Assembly (NCBI RefSeq): GCF_001194135.2
Contig: NC_069003.1
Span: 10,756,182 to 10,820,181, forward strand
Source: Octopus bimaculoides
Taxonomy: Eukaryota
Length of the DNA stretch: 64,000 nt
Reading direction: 5' to 3'
Below the pieces are notes generated by a model, which was given only the letters and a program-made list of their open reading frames with translations, had not been told where the DNA came from and did no database searches. Both the position numbers and the translations under genes were made by a program. Below are positions 14,240-26,345 of this stretch, piece after piece (position 1 is the first letter of the stretch; every line of letters starts with the position of its first letter).

Positions 14240-15420
14240 TATTGGATCATCCCATAAATAATGCAGCTTTTTCAATTGCATAAGTCAGAGGAGGAAGGGA
14301 TAAACTACCTGAATCAACTTGCTATAAAAGCACCTTGTACTTATTCTTAGTGCAAGTTTGAAGAGTGCAGTTCGATTGTAACAGTTATTTTTTCAAAGCT
14401 ATAATGGAAGTGACAAAGGAGGATATTCATTATATTTTGCTTTATGAGTTCAACAAAGGCAACAACGCAACAGAAAGTGTAAGGAATATTAATGCAGTAT
14501 ACAGGGATCAGACAATAAGTATGAGCCAGTGTCAACGGTGATTCCATAAATTCTGAGCTGCACACAACAGCCTAGAAAACTAGCCTCATCCTGGAAGATC
14601 TGCGGAGCTCAATAAGGATGTCCTGCAAATCCTAGTGGAACAAAATCCCATTTGTAACTGTTGAGGAACTAGGAGAGAAGCTTGGATTTGGTTGTTCACC
14701 TGCATGCCATCAGAAAAGTCAGCAAATTGGGTCAATGGGTTCCTCAGAAACTTTCAAAGTCTAATCACATGCAGAGAGTGAATGTGTGCTCGTCTTTTCT
14801 GTCACGTCTCACGAATGAATTTTTTGGGGACCGAATAGTGACTGGTGACAAGAATTGGGTTCTCTATATAAATGTCAAGTGCTGAAGACAGCGGGTAGGG
14901 AAAGGAGAAACACCAGCACCCCAGGCTAAAGAAGGTCTTCACCCATGTGAGATGTTATCTGTTTGGTGGAATATGAAAGGTTTAGTCAACTTTGAATTTT
15001 TAAACCCAAACAAAACGATAAGGAGATCTACTGTGAGCAGCTTGAGTGGCTTAAGACAGCACTAGAAGAAAAACAACCATCTTTAGTTTCAAGACGAAAG
15101 GTGTTCTTCATTCACAATAATGCTCAGCCACATACACCGAGGATGATATTCCAAAGGCTGGAGCAGTTTGAATGGGAAACAATGCCCCACCCACCATATT
15201 TGCCAGGCATTGCCCCATCTGATTATCATTTATTCTGCAGTCTTCAATATCATTTGGACAGTAAAAATATGAATTCTGTAGATGAGGTCAGAACAGTACT
15301 GGAGAAGTATTTTTCATCATGGGCAAGTGAACTTTGGAAGAAGGGCCTTGCAAATCTACCAGATAGATGGAAGAGCATTGTAGAAAATGAAGGAGAGTAT
15401 ATTTTAGATTACAAAATAAA
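14240..15420 (+). mobile_element. Decayed mariner transposon with near full-length transposase pseudogene; right TIR not seen
   Basis: ATG at 14404 MEVTKEDIHYILLYEFNKGNNATES (HTH), then WVPQKL, IVTGDKNW, HNNAQPH and HPPYLPGIAPSDYHLF motifs with several stops and frameshifts. Left TIR-like TA-ttggatcatcccataaataatgc at 14240. Confidence 0.93.
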
Positions 15421-15728
15421 CACACACACACACACAAGACGGGCTTCTTTACATTTCCCTCAACGAAATCCACCCACAGGAGACGCTAACATACACAGAT
15501 ATACATGCATACATATATCTGTGTGGTCTTCTTTCAGTTTCTGATAATCAAATCCATTCAAAAGGCTTTAGTTGGCCCATGGCTATAGTAGAAGATGCTT
15601 GCCCAAAGTACGATGCAGAGGGACTGAACCTGAAACAATGTGCTTTGGAAGACCAGATAGCTACACCAGAGCCTATTAGGTGTATGTGTAGATAGATAGG
15701 TACAGACAAGTGGGTTTGTATGTGTGTG

Positions 15729-15783
<55 letters not shown>

Positions 15784-16594
15784 GGTGAACACAAACAACA
15801 TACCTTGGAGAAAGCATAACAAGAACAGCAGTAATAGCAATTAACACATATCAATTAAACTGAAGGAGGATAATTACACTGACAAACATAATCACATTAC
15901 CACATGGACATTTTCATTAGGACGGCCATGTCTAAACATTAGGTCATCCAATCCCTTTGTGTTACCTTCGTTTTACAGTCCTTGGACCCACTGGAACCTA
16001 TCAAACCATCCAACCCTTGCAGGCATAGAACAAGAACATTAGGTGTGGCTGTGTGATAATAGGTATGCTTCCCAAACACATGGTTCCAGGTTCAGTCCCA
16101 TCACATCACACCTTGGGCAAGTGTGTTCTGATATAGCCTCAGCTTGACCAAAGCCTTGTCAGTAGATTTGGTTGGCGGAAAATGAAAGAAGTATGCCATA
16201 TATATNNNNNNNNNNNNNNNNNNNNNNNNNNNNNNNNNNNNNNNNNNNNNNNNNNNNNNNNNNNNNNNNNNNNNNNNNNNNNNNNNNNNNNNNNNNNNNN
16301 NNNNNNNNNNNNNNNNNNNNNNNNNNNNNNNNNNNNNNNNNNNNNNNNNNTATATATACTTAAAAATATATTAATAATTTAGAGAAGAACCAACGGGATG
16401 TAATCCAAACAATGAAGGAGATCAGACACCATCAAGAAAAATGTACCCTACGAAATACTGATTTAAAAATCTATAAAATCCATGAAATCTATCAAATATT
16501 AGATGAAAAATTTAATTCAGTTTAGTAAATTTATAATAAAAAAAAGTGAATAATAGACTATGCGTGTTTCATGGCCACATAATATATATATATA

Positions 16595-16797
16595 TTTGTA
16601 ATATAATATGTGACGATTATTCGGTTGCCATGATAAAACTCCGAGTTTTGGATGTCGGGGCGGAAACCATCGAGGTAATTAAAATATTTTAATTACCTTG
16701 ATGACTGGAGAGATGCCAGTGCAGGTTTCCACCCCGACATCCGAAACTCGGAGTTTTATCACGGCAACTGAATAACTATCACATATTATATCACAAA
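16595..16797. mobile_element. 203-bp foldback (palindromic) MITE-like element flanked by TA
   Basis: 74-bp arms (16595-16668 and 16724-16797) with 8 mismatches enclose a 34-bp AT-rich palindrome (16669-16702) and a small hairpin (16704-16720). Confidence 0.8.
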
Positions 16798-18214
16798 TAA
16801 ATTCCTCTATTTACATAATATCGAGATCTCTTTTTATTCTTTTGTTGTCTTACCTTTACTATTAATGTCATTTTCACCTGCTATCATCATACAGACATTG
16901 GTTTTTAATTAAGTAGCTTCTTCACCCTTTGTGTTTGTCATTGTACGTCCCAACTGTGTACCGCCTTTATGGCAAATCTAATGAAATAAAGAAGTTTGCT
17001 TCCCAACCACATGGTTCCCAGTTCAGTCCCACTGCGTGGCATCTTGGGCAAGTGTTTATTATAGCCCCAGGCCGAGCAAAGCCTTGAGTGGATCTGGTAG
17101 ACAGAAACTGAAAAAAGCCCATCATATAAGTATATGTATTTGTATCTATGTGCGTGTGTCTTTGTGTCTGTTCCCCATCGCAACTTGACAACTGGTGTTT
17201 GTTTATTTACATCCCTGTATGTGGTTCAGCCTAAGAGACTGACAAAATAAGTACCAGGTGGAAAAAATAAATGAATAAGTACTGGGGTCGATTCATTCAA
17301 CTAAGAATTCCTCAAGGCAGTGCCCCAACATGGCTGCAATCCAATGACTGAAACAAGTAAAACAAAAATATATAAAAGATATATATATGTGCATGTATTT
17401 GCGCAACTAAGCATCTTTATATAAGTGTGTGTTTATCTGTGCCTGTAGTCTACAAGGCTATGTCTATAAATATGCATGTATGTATGTATGTATGTATGTA
17501 TGTATGTACATCAGTCTATCAGTACAAGTGTGAGGGTGTAATTGTAACCATGTGTGTGTGTGTGTGTGTATGAGAGAGAGAGAGAGAGAGAAAGAGGGTA
17601 ATGCATGCACATGTCCGTATCCATGTGCCTACGCAACTCTAAGTCAGCAAAACAATACCAGAAAATAAGAGTGTATATAGTGTAACAAATATGCAAATTA
17701 TATTCCTCTCTACACCCATGCCAGCATGGAAAGAAATAATAAACAAAACAAACTGACACAGATACACCTACACATATGCATGTAAGCAACACATGCACAG
17801 ATACACCCGCAGACATATGCACATACAACAACCTAGAAACACAAACTCATTTCTATCAGAGACGAACATGAGAAGAAATAAAATGCTGTAATATTGTTTG
17901 TTTTTTGTTTTTTTTAATTTGACAATTAGAAATGAAAACACTCCTCACCCTGTTTAGTAAACATATGTAAAATGATGACATATCTTTCGGGGTGTTTTTT
18001 TTTTGGGGGGGGGGGGTCCATTTTACTTGTTTATCATTTCACCTCAGTCACACTGGGGCACCACCTTGAAGAATTTTAGATGAACAGATTGACCCCCAGG
18101 ACTTAATTTTTTTAAGCCTAGTACCCATTCTATCAGTCTCTTTTGCCAAACTACTAGGTTGTGGAAATGTAAACACACCGGTTGTCAAGCAGTGGTGGGG
18201 GACAAAAACACACG

Positions 18215-18245
<31 letters not shown>

Positions 18246-18490
18246 TTAAGGTGTATTCTGTTAGGTTGGATGTGTTAGTATCAACGTCAAAGATTTACTA
18301 ACAGGGATAGCGATTATATATCACCTGAAGAGATACAACTGGATCCCATTATACAGGTAAACCATTCCTTAATTTAATTCCTGTGTATATGTGGATCCAT
18401 GTTGTATTGAAACATGCATAGTGTTTATTAAATAGCTGTCTAAATGCACTCATTCTTGACTTTATTTGTTTAATATTTTATATGCATATA

Positions 18491-18528
<38 letters not shown>

Positions 18529-19550
18529 GGAGTAAGCACATAAAATGTGCAACAAGGTGGAAAAAAAGAGTACTCAAATATCAGAGGTAGAGTAATATGC
18601 TTTATTTAAAAGCAGCAGAAATATACCAAAAGACTGTTACTCAGAGTTTCACGTTCCCGTTCATCGGACATGAGGGGCTGCTTTCAGTTTCTGTCTACCA
18701 AATCGACTAACAAGGCTTTGGTCAGCCCAAGACTATAGTAGAAACACTTACCAAAGGTGACACACAGTGGGACTGAACCTCAAACCATGTGGTTGGGAAG
18801 CAAGCTTCTTACCACACAGCCATACCTCTGCCTATACACACAAATATGACAGGATTCCACACAATTTCTGTCTACCAAATTCACTCACAAGGCATTGGCT
18901 AATTCAGGTATATGGAGGCTATACAAGACGGCAATTGCCCTAGATGCCATGCCATGCATCAGAACCTGAAAACCACGTGGTTGCAAAGTAAACTTATTAC
19001 CACTTATTACGTAAAAAAAAAAAAAAAAAAAAAAGCAACTCCCTCACAAACTTAACTTCCACCACCACCACCACCGCTGCCATCACCAAAATGAATTTAA
19101 GAGATCTACTTACAACAGTACATATAAACTGTCGGGTGGAAGCATGAAGGGGCTGAGAGGGTACTAGAGAAAAGGTTGATTTGAGGTTGAAGTAGAAGGG
19201 TGGAGACAATAACCGAAATACTGTTGGTAGTGGAATTGATGGCTATGAAGGAATGCACAGTGATATTTCACATGTATCCACTTACAATAATACTTATTAC
19301 TGTCATTACGTTCTTGCACCTTAACATACAAGAGTTTACCACATGTTTAGCATCACCATCACCATCACCATTATCATCATCCTTGTCATTAACATCACAA
19401 TAACAATACAAATTATCATCATCATTAGTAGTAGTAGTTGTAGTAGTAGCAGCAGCAGCAGAGTCAGCAACCTATATGCTTGCTTAGCTTTGCAGTATAC
19501 AGTTCAGTTCTTGTAGCTTACACTATAAACATTATTTTTAAGCTTACACT

Positions 19551-19945
19551 ATCATCATCATCATCGTCGTTTAACGTCCGCTTTCCATGCTAGTATGGGA
19601 TGGACGATTTGACTGACGACTGGTGGACCAGGAGGCGACGCCAGGCTCCAATCTGATTTGGCAGAGTTTCAACAGCTGGATGCCCTTCCTAACGCCAACC
19701 ACTCCGAGAGTGTAGTGGGTGCTTTTACGTGCCACTGGCACGAGGGTCAGTCAGGTGGTACTAGCAACGGCCACGCTCGAAATGGTGTATTTTATGTGCC
19801 ACCTGCATAGAACTCAGTCCATCTGCACTGGCAACGATCTCGCTTGAATGTCTTTTCACGTTCCACTGGCACAAGTGCTAGGAAGGCGACGTTGGTAACG
19901 ATCACGCTGGTGCTATTTACGTGCCACCGGTCACGGAAGCCAGTA
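19551..19945 (-). mobile_element. RTE-associated 3'-UTR/SINE-like repeat with (GAT)n tail; other copies near 6300-6550, 32330-32497, 42800-43150, 48600-48880, 49560-49715, 50040-50240
   Basis: Recurrent catcatcgtttaacgtccgctttccatgc...ggatgcccttcctaacgccaaccact...gggtgcttttacgtgccac block with the same tail as the RTE fragment at 52135. Confidence 0.8.
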
Positions 19946-19952
19946 TTATTAC

Positions 19953-19985
<33 letters not shown>

Positions 19986-21815
19986 GAGAGGTAGTGAGGT
20001 GCACCGGACAAAATCCTTTGCAGCATTTCTTCCAACTTCTCACCTTTCATGGGGTCAATAAAATAAGCACTAGTTAAGCACTGGAATCGACATAATCGAC
20101 CTATCCCTAACCACCGAACTTGCTGGCCTAGTGCCAAAATTTGCAACCATTATTAATATAACGAAAGGCAATGAACGAGCAGAATCATTAGCGTGTCAGA
20201 CAAAATGCTTTGTGGAATTTTTTCCAACTTCAAATTCTACTGTGGTTGACTTTTGCCTTTCATCCTTTCAAAGGGTCGATAAAATAAGTACTAGATGAGC
20301 AATGGAATCAATGTAATTGACTTACCCACTTCCCTCAAAACTGCTGGCACCGAGCCAAAATTTGAAATCGTTATTATTATGTTGAAAGGCAATACAATTA
20401 CAGAATAATTGTTGCAGCAGACAAGGCGCTTAGTTGCATTTCTTCTAGCTCGTTGCATTCTACGTTCAAATACCAGCAGGGTCAACATTGTATTTAATCC
20501 TTTCAGGGTTGATAAAATAGGTACCGGTTGAGCACAAGACAAGGTGGGGAGGGGCAATGTAATCGACTAACACCCTCCTGCTAAAATTTCTGGAGTTGTG
20601 CCAGAATTTGAAACTGGCAGAATCATTGGCACGTCAGACGAGGTGCTTGACTGCATTTCTTCCGACTCTATGCTCTGAGTTCAAATACCTTTGAGCTCAA
20701 CTGTGCCTATCATGCTTCTGGGATTGATAAAGTAAATACCGGTTAAGGACTGAAGGTCAAATGTAACCAACTGTGCCTCTCCCACCAAAACTGCTGGCCG
20801 TCTGCCAAAACTTGAAACCATTATTATTATGAAAAAGGCATTGAGTAGGTAGAATCGTTACCGCACTGGGGAAAATGCTTAGGAGCATCTCAGCTATATT
20901 TACATTCTGAGTTCAAATTCCGCCAATGTCAACTTGGTCTTTCATCTTTTTTGGTGCTGAGAAAATAAGTACCAGTTGAAAATTGCAGTTGATGTAATTA
21001 CCCTGTCCCCCAAACTTCCAGGCCTTGTGCCAAAATTTGAAACCATTATTATTATGAAAGGTGATGAGCTCACAGAATCGTTAGCATGTTGGACAAAAAT
21101 ACTTAGCACTTTTGCGTCCAGTTCTTTACGTTCTGAGTTCAAATTCTGCTGTGGTCAGGCTTGCCTTTCATTTTCCCAAGGTTGATAATGGTACCAAACA
21201 AGTACTGGGGTTGACATGGTCAGCTTGAACACCCCCTACCCTGCACTTCCACCTAAAATTGCTGGCCTTGTGCCAAAATCTGAAACAACTGAGATGATGA
21301 TGATGATGATGATTGCAACTGTTGCCAGGGTCAATTTCCCCTTCCACCCTCAAAGGGACAACTAGAATGAGTAACAGTAACAGGAGCAATATCGCATTGA
21401 CTTCTCTTTGAAAAGAAAAAGAAGACATTTATTAATCATCGATGCAAGACAAAGATAAGAGGCAGGGCACAGTGAAAACTGCAAAACAAGATAAGCAATA
21501 ACATGACCATGTGTGTACAAAAAGTATACACTGGAATCATGGGGTGTAGGTTCAATTCCCTATTGTACTGAACAGGGCTAAATACCTTCTGCTATAGCAC
21601 TAAGATAACCAAAGCCTTATATATGAAACCTGGTAAATGGTAACTGAACAGGGGAAAGAGTGTATTATGACCAAGGGAGTTGGTGACCCAGCCACAAAAC
21701 AGGATAATGCAAAACCCATCCAACCCATGCCAGCATGGAAAAGCAGATGTACAAGAAAGATGATGAGGGTGTAAGTAGTGGTAAGCAGGGTATGGCAAAA
21801 TTTTCAGAGCATGAA

Positions 21816-21859
<44 letters not shown>

Positions 21860-22521
21860 NNNNNNNNNNATATATATATATACATTAGAAAAAAAACTTG
21901 TGGTGTTTCGTCACATTCCTTTATATTCAGGACAACTTTACCTTTCCTTACATGATAAAATAAATACCAGATGAAGTACTGACCGCAATGTAATTGATTA
22001 AACAACTGGAGGCCACAGGGTGGCCAAAGACCTGTCCAATGATTGAAACCAACACAAGAATAAACAATAATATAATGATAGTATGTTCCATATCAAGGCC
22101 AAGCAGATATGACTGTAAGGGTAAGCGGCTTCTTACCCAGCAACATGGTTTTGGGGTCAATCCCACTGCATGGCACCTTAGACAAGTGACTACTATTGCC
22201 TTGAGCCAACCAAACCTTGTGTGTGGATTTGGTAGATGGAAACTGAAAAGAAGCTCATCGTGTGTGTGAGAGAGTGTCTTCTTGTGATGACATCATGTGA
22301 CTGCTGTGAGTTTCATTCATTTCCAATATTTTGAAAACATGCCTGCTAGGAAACAGGAAAAGGTTGGCATTTGGCTGTATAAAATCCACCCCAACAAACT
22401 CCGTCAGACTGTGCAAGCAAGCATGCAAAAGGGGAAAGCAGTCCTATGAGCCTGTATGAGTCGGAAGGGATCTTGGCAACATCAACAGTTAAAGGCATCT
22501 GGCCAGTGACGATGATAGTGC

Positions 22522-22770
22522 AGTGACGAGGAAGTGAAAACTGTAGTGAAGAAGTGGCTCAAAGAACAGTCAACAGAATTTTACGGGGCAGGGATACATG
22601 CTCTCATTCGAAGGTGGAACATTGCTACTGAGAGAAACGGTGGCTATGTTGAGAAGTAGGGATGTGATCCATAGAGGACCAGCTTCATTTCGATGTATGA
22701 TACATGTTCCTGTGTTGGTAATTATACCTGTCCTAAACAAAATGGCATTACTTTTTGACTCACCCTCATA
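22522..22770 (+). mobile_element. 3'-end fragment of a mariner (transposase C-terminus plus right TIR)
   Basis: SDEEVKTVVKKWLKEQSTEFYGAGIHALIRRWNIATERNGGYVEK*, followed by ttactttttgactcaccctca-TA. Confidence 0.85.
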
Positions 22771-24235
22771 TGTGATAATGCTTAATCAAGTCAAAACAAT
22801 GTGGATGAATAAGCATTGCAGTTGTCAGAAAAATTTGAATGCAAAAGGGGTTAAGAAGGTCATCCCCTCATAGAAACCATGCTGAAGCAGAGAGTGGCGC
22901 TTGGCACAGTCCTCAGATTTGCCCGATTCCTCTTGAACCTATGTCAACTAAATAATGGTGATGATGATATCAATTTACTTACTTGCTTTAATTATATATC
23001 TGCCACTTCCCATTAAAAATTGAACACAAAAATGTATTGGAAATATATATGTGGTGCCACAGCATGGCCACAACCTCAGGGCTGAAACATATTAAAGAAT
23101 AAAGGAATAGATGTAGGTGTGGCAGTGTGGTAAGAAGCTTGCTTCCCAATCACACGACACCTTGGGCAAGCATCTTCAACTATAGCCTTCGACCAACCAA
23201 AGCCTTGCACGTGGATTTGGTAGCTGGAAACTGAAAGAAGCCTGTCTCATGTGTAGGTGTGTGTATCACTGCTGCTGGACAACTGTTGTTGGTGTGTTTA
23301 CGTCCCCATAACTTGGTGGGTCAGCAAAAGATACCAATAAAATGAGTATATCTCTCTCAATGTGTCTTTGTGTCTGTATTTGTACCCCAGTACAACTTGA
23401 CAACTGGTGTGGATGTGTTTATGTCCCTGTAACTTAGCAGTTCAGCAAAAGAGACTGATAAACTAAGTACCAGGCTTAACAAAAAATAAGTACTGGGGTC
23501 AATTCATTCGACTAAAGATTCTTCAAAGCAGTTTCTTAGCATGGCTGCAATCCAATGACTGAAACAAGTAAAAGATACACTCGTACTATGAAAACCATCA
23601 CATATACATCAGTCATATTCATGACCAACAAAAGCAAACAACAGATAAGGTTTTCCAATGATGGGTCACACAGAATTACAAGGTTTCCTCTCTCTCTGTG
23701 GCCAAGCAAGCGCATGGCCTAGTGGTTACGGTGTTTGCACTCACGATCACAAGACTGTGGTATCGATTCTTGGACCAGGCAGTGTATTGTGTTCTTGTGC
23801 AAAACACTTCATTTCACGTTGCTCCAGTCCACTCAGCTGGCAAAAATAACTAACTCTGTGATGGACTGGCATTTCATTGAGGGGCAGTGCTGTAATCTTA
23901 GTCACTTATATCCATGGCAACCGAGTAACCAGCCCTATGAGTCTCAGAACCAGAGACAGTAATTCTTTTATTTTTTATTCTTTTACTTCTAGCTTCAGTC
24001 ACTTTACTGCAGCCAAGCTGGAGCACCACTTTGAAGGCTTTTAGTCGAACAAATCGCCCCAAGGATTTATTTTATTAAAGCCCAATACTTACTCTATCAG
24101 TCTCTTTTTCCGAACCACTAAGTTATGGGGATGTAAACACACCAACACCAGTTATCAGGTGGTAATGGGGGAACAAATACACATACACATATATACATAT
24201 ACATATACAGTAGACAGAAACTGAAAGAAGCCTAT

Positions 24236-24275
<40 letters not shown>

Positions 24276-25179
24276 ATAGGCTTCTTTCAGTTTCTGTCTA
24301 CTGAATCCACTCAAAAGGCTTTGGTTGGCCTGAGGCTTTAGTAGAAGACACTTGCCCAAGGTGCCATGCAGTGGGACTGAACCCAGAACCAGCGATTTCA
24401 CGAGAAGAGACTAGTCGATTGCATTGACTCTAATGCTCAAGAAATTTGGGGAGAGGGGATTAGTCGATGTAATCGACCCCAGTGTTTCACTGGTATTTAA
24501 TTTACCGAACCTGAAAGGATGAAAGGCAAAGTCGACCTCAGCGGAATTTGAACTCAGAACGTAGCAGCAGACGAAATACCAATAAGCATTTCGCCCGGCG
24601 TGCTAACGATTCTGCCAGCTCGCCGCCTTAATAATAATAATAACCCTTTCTATTATAGGCTCAAGGCCTGAAATTTTGCGGGGAGGGTGCTTATCGATTA
24701 GATTGATCCCCGAGAGGATGAAAGATAAGACAACCTCAGCAGCAATAATAATGATAATAATAACAACAACATCCAATAGACTGCACATTCAGTTATTTAG
24801 GAGAGCAATTTTCTTTAACGATATCAAAACCCATGGAGACAGACTAATAAAGACAGGATTAAGTATTTTGCCGTGGTTCCTTATGTCATTAAAAATGGTA
24901 AAGCATTCATTTATCCATAGCTGAATTTTGCCATCTGCCGTGTGTATATTATATTCAACACACGGGCACTCGCTCTTCGGAATGTACTTTTGTGCGAAGA
25001 CCATCGAATATATATTCACGATAGAATTATTATTATTATTATTCAAATTTGAAAAAATATAAATAATATAAAATCAACGTGTTTTCGAGCCATCGAGAGT
25101 GTGTGTGGTTAGTGGATTCGCTAGAAATAGCAGCCACAAAATCTACTCTCGTCTCTTGCCTCAAATCATACCCTACCGG

Positions 25180-25218
<39 letters not shown>

Positions 25219-25575
25219 AGGAAGATGCATTAGAATAACATAGTTGAATGTGTGCGTAAAGAGGGGAAGCAGAGAGAATGGGTGGAATAGTCAATGTTGG
25301 AGCGCCGTTGATCATAGGGTCTGCCCGGCCAGAGCTGACCTGATGGGGTGGGATAAACAACGGCAACAATAACAACAACACGAGTGGATCTTGTCTGAGT
25401 GGTGAAGAGTTTAAATATGCACAGACACAGACACAAACATATTTTAGGCAAACGTAAACAATTTCGTTTTTAATTCACCTAGCTTAACAAATCATTAATG
25501 ATCGCTATCACTGTAATTAGCATTAAACACAAATCCAGAAATATATAAGAGAGAAAGCCGGAGCTTCATCGTCAA

Positions 25576-25608
<33 letters not shown>

Positions 25609-25901
25609 CATCAGCAGCAGAAAGAAAGAAAGAAAGAAAGAGAATGAGAAAGCATGAAATATGCTACAGACTACTAACGTCCCCACCGCCACTAACACCC
25701 ACTTATGTGCTTGCCATAAACCGGAACGTTTCTTTGAAAGTGTCGTTAAGTCAGTTTAAGAACAGGAACAACAGCAACAAGCTGCATAAAACAAATGAGA
25801 CGAACATTTTTATGAGAAGGAGAAGTAGCTTCGAGAAATAGCTTGGTTGGTACATTGTCCACAGGACAGGCGCCTAAAGCGCGCGCGCGCGTGTATATGT
25901 C

Positions 25902-25933
<32 letters not shown>

Positions 25934-25949
25934 GATAGATAGATAGATA

Positions 25950-26345
25950 GGCGCAGGGGTGGCTGTGTGGTAAGTAGCTTGCCTACCAACCACATAGTTC
26001 CGGGTTCAGTCCCACTGCGTGGCACTTTGGGCAAGTGTCTTCTACTATAGCCTCAGGCCGACCAAAGCCTTGTGAGTGGATTTGGTAGACGGAAACTGAA
26101 AGAAGCCTGTCGTATATATGTATATATATATATGTATGTGTGTTTGTGTCTGTGTTTGTCCCCCCCACCATCGCTTGACAACCGATGGTGGTGTGTTTAC
26201 GTCCCCGTAACTTAGCGGTTCGGCAAAAAGAGACCGATAGAATAAGTACTGGGCTTACAAGGAATAAGTCCTGGGGTCGATTTTCTCGACTAAAGGCGGT
26301 GCTCCAGCATGGTCGCAGTCAAATGACTGAAACGAGTAAAAGAGT
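25950..26345 (+). mobile_element. Full-length tRNA-headed SINE (family A, most abundant here; other copies near 7890-8230, 12480-12860, 16990-17370, 23110-23580, 59640-59960)
   Basis: Head ggcgcaggggtggctgtgtggtaag...ggttcagtccc (A/B-box-like), CORE-like ggcaccttgggcaagtg segment, internal microsatellite, tail gcagtcaaatgactgaaac(g/a)agtaaaaga. Confidence 0.9.

Noticed and set aside
21168-21428. Signal-peptide-like ORF (NAILLLLLLILVVPLRVEG) with a strong minus-strand acceptor
   Set aside because: Low-complexity NTT/CTG repeats running into (CAT)n and a SINE; no donor or homology.
24935-24968. Hairpin gccgtgtgt...acacacgggc
   Set aside because: Only about 11 bp of stem and partly (GT/AC) low complexity; too short for a pre-miRNA.
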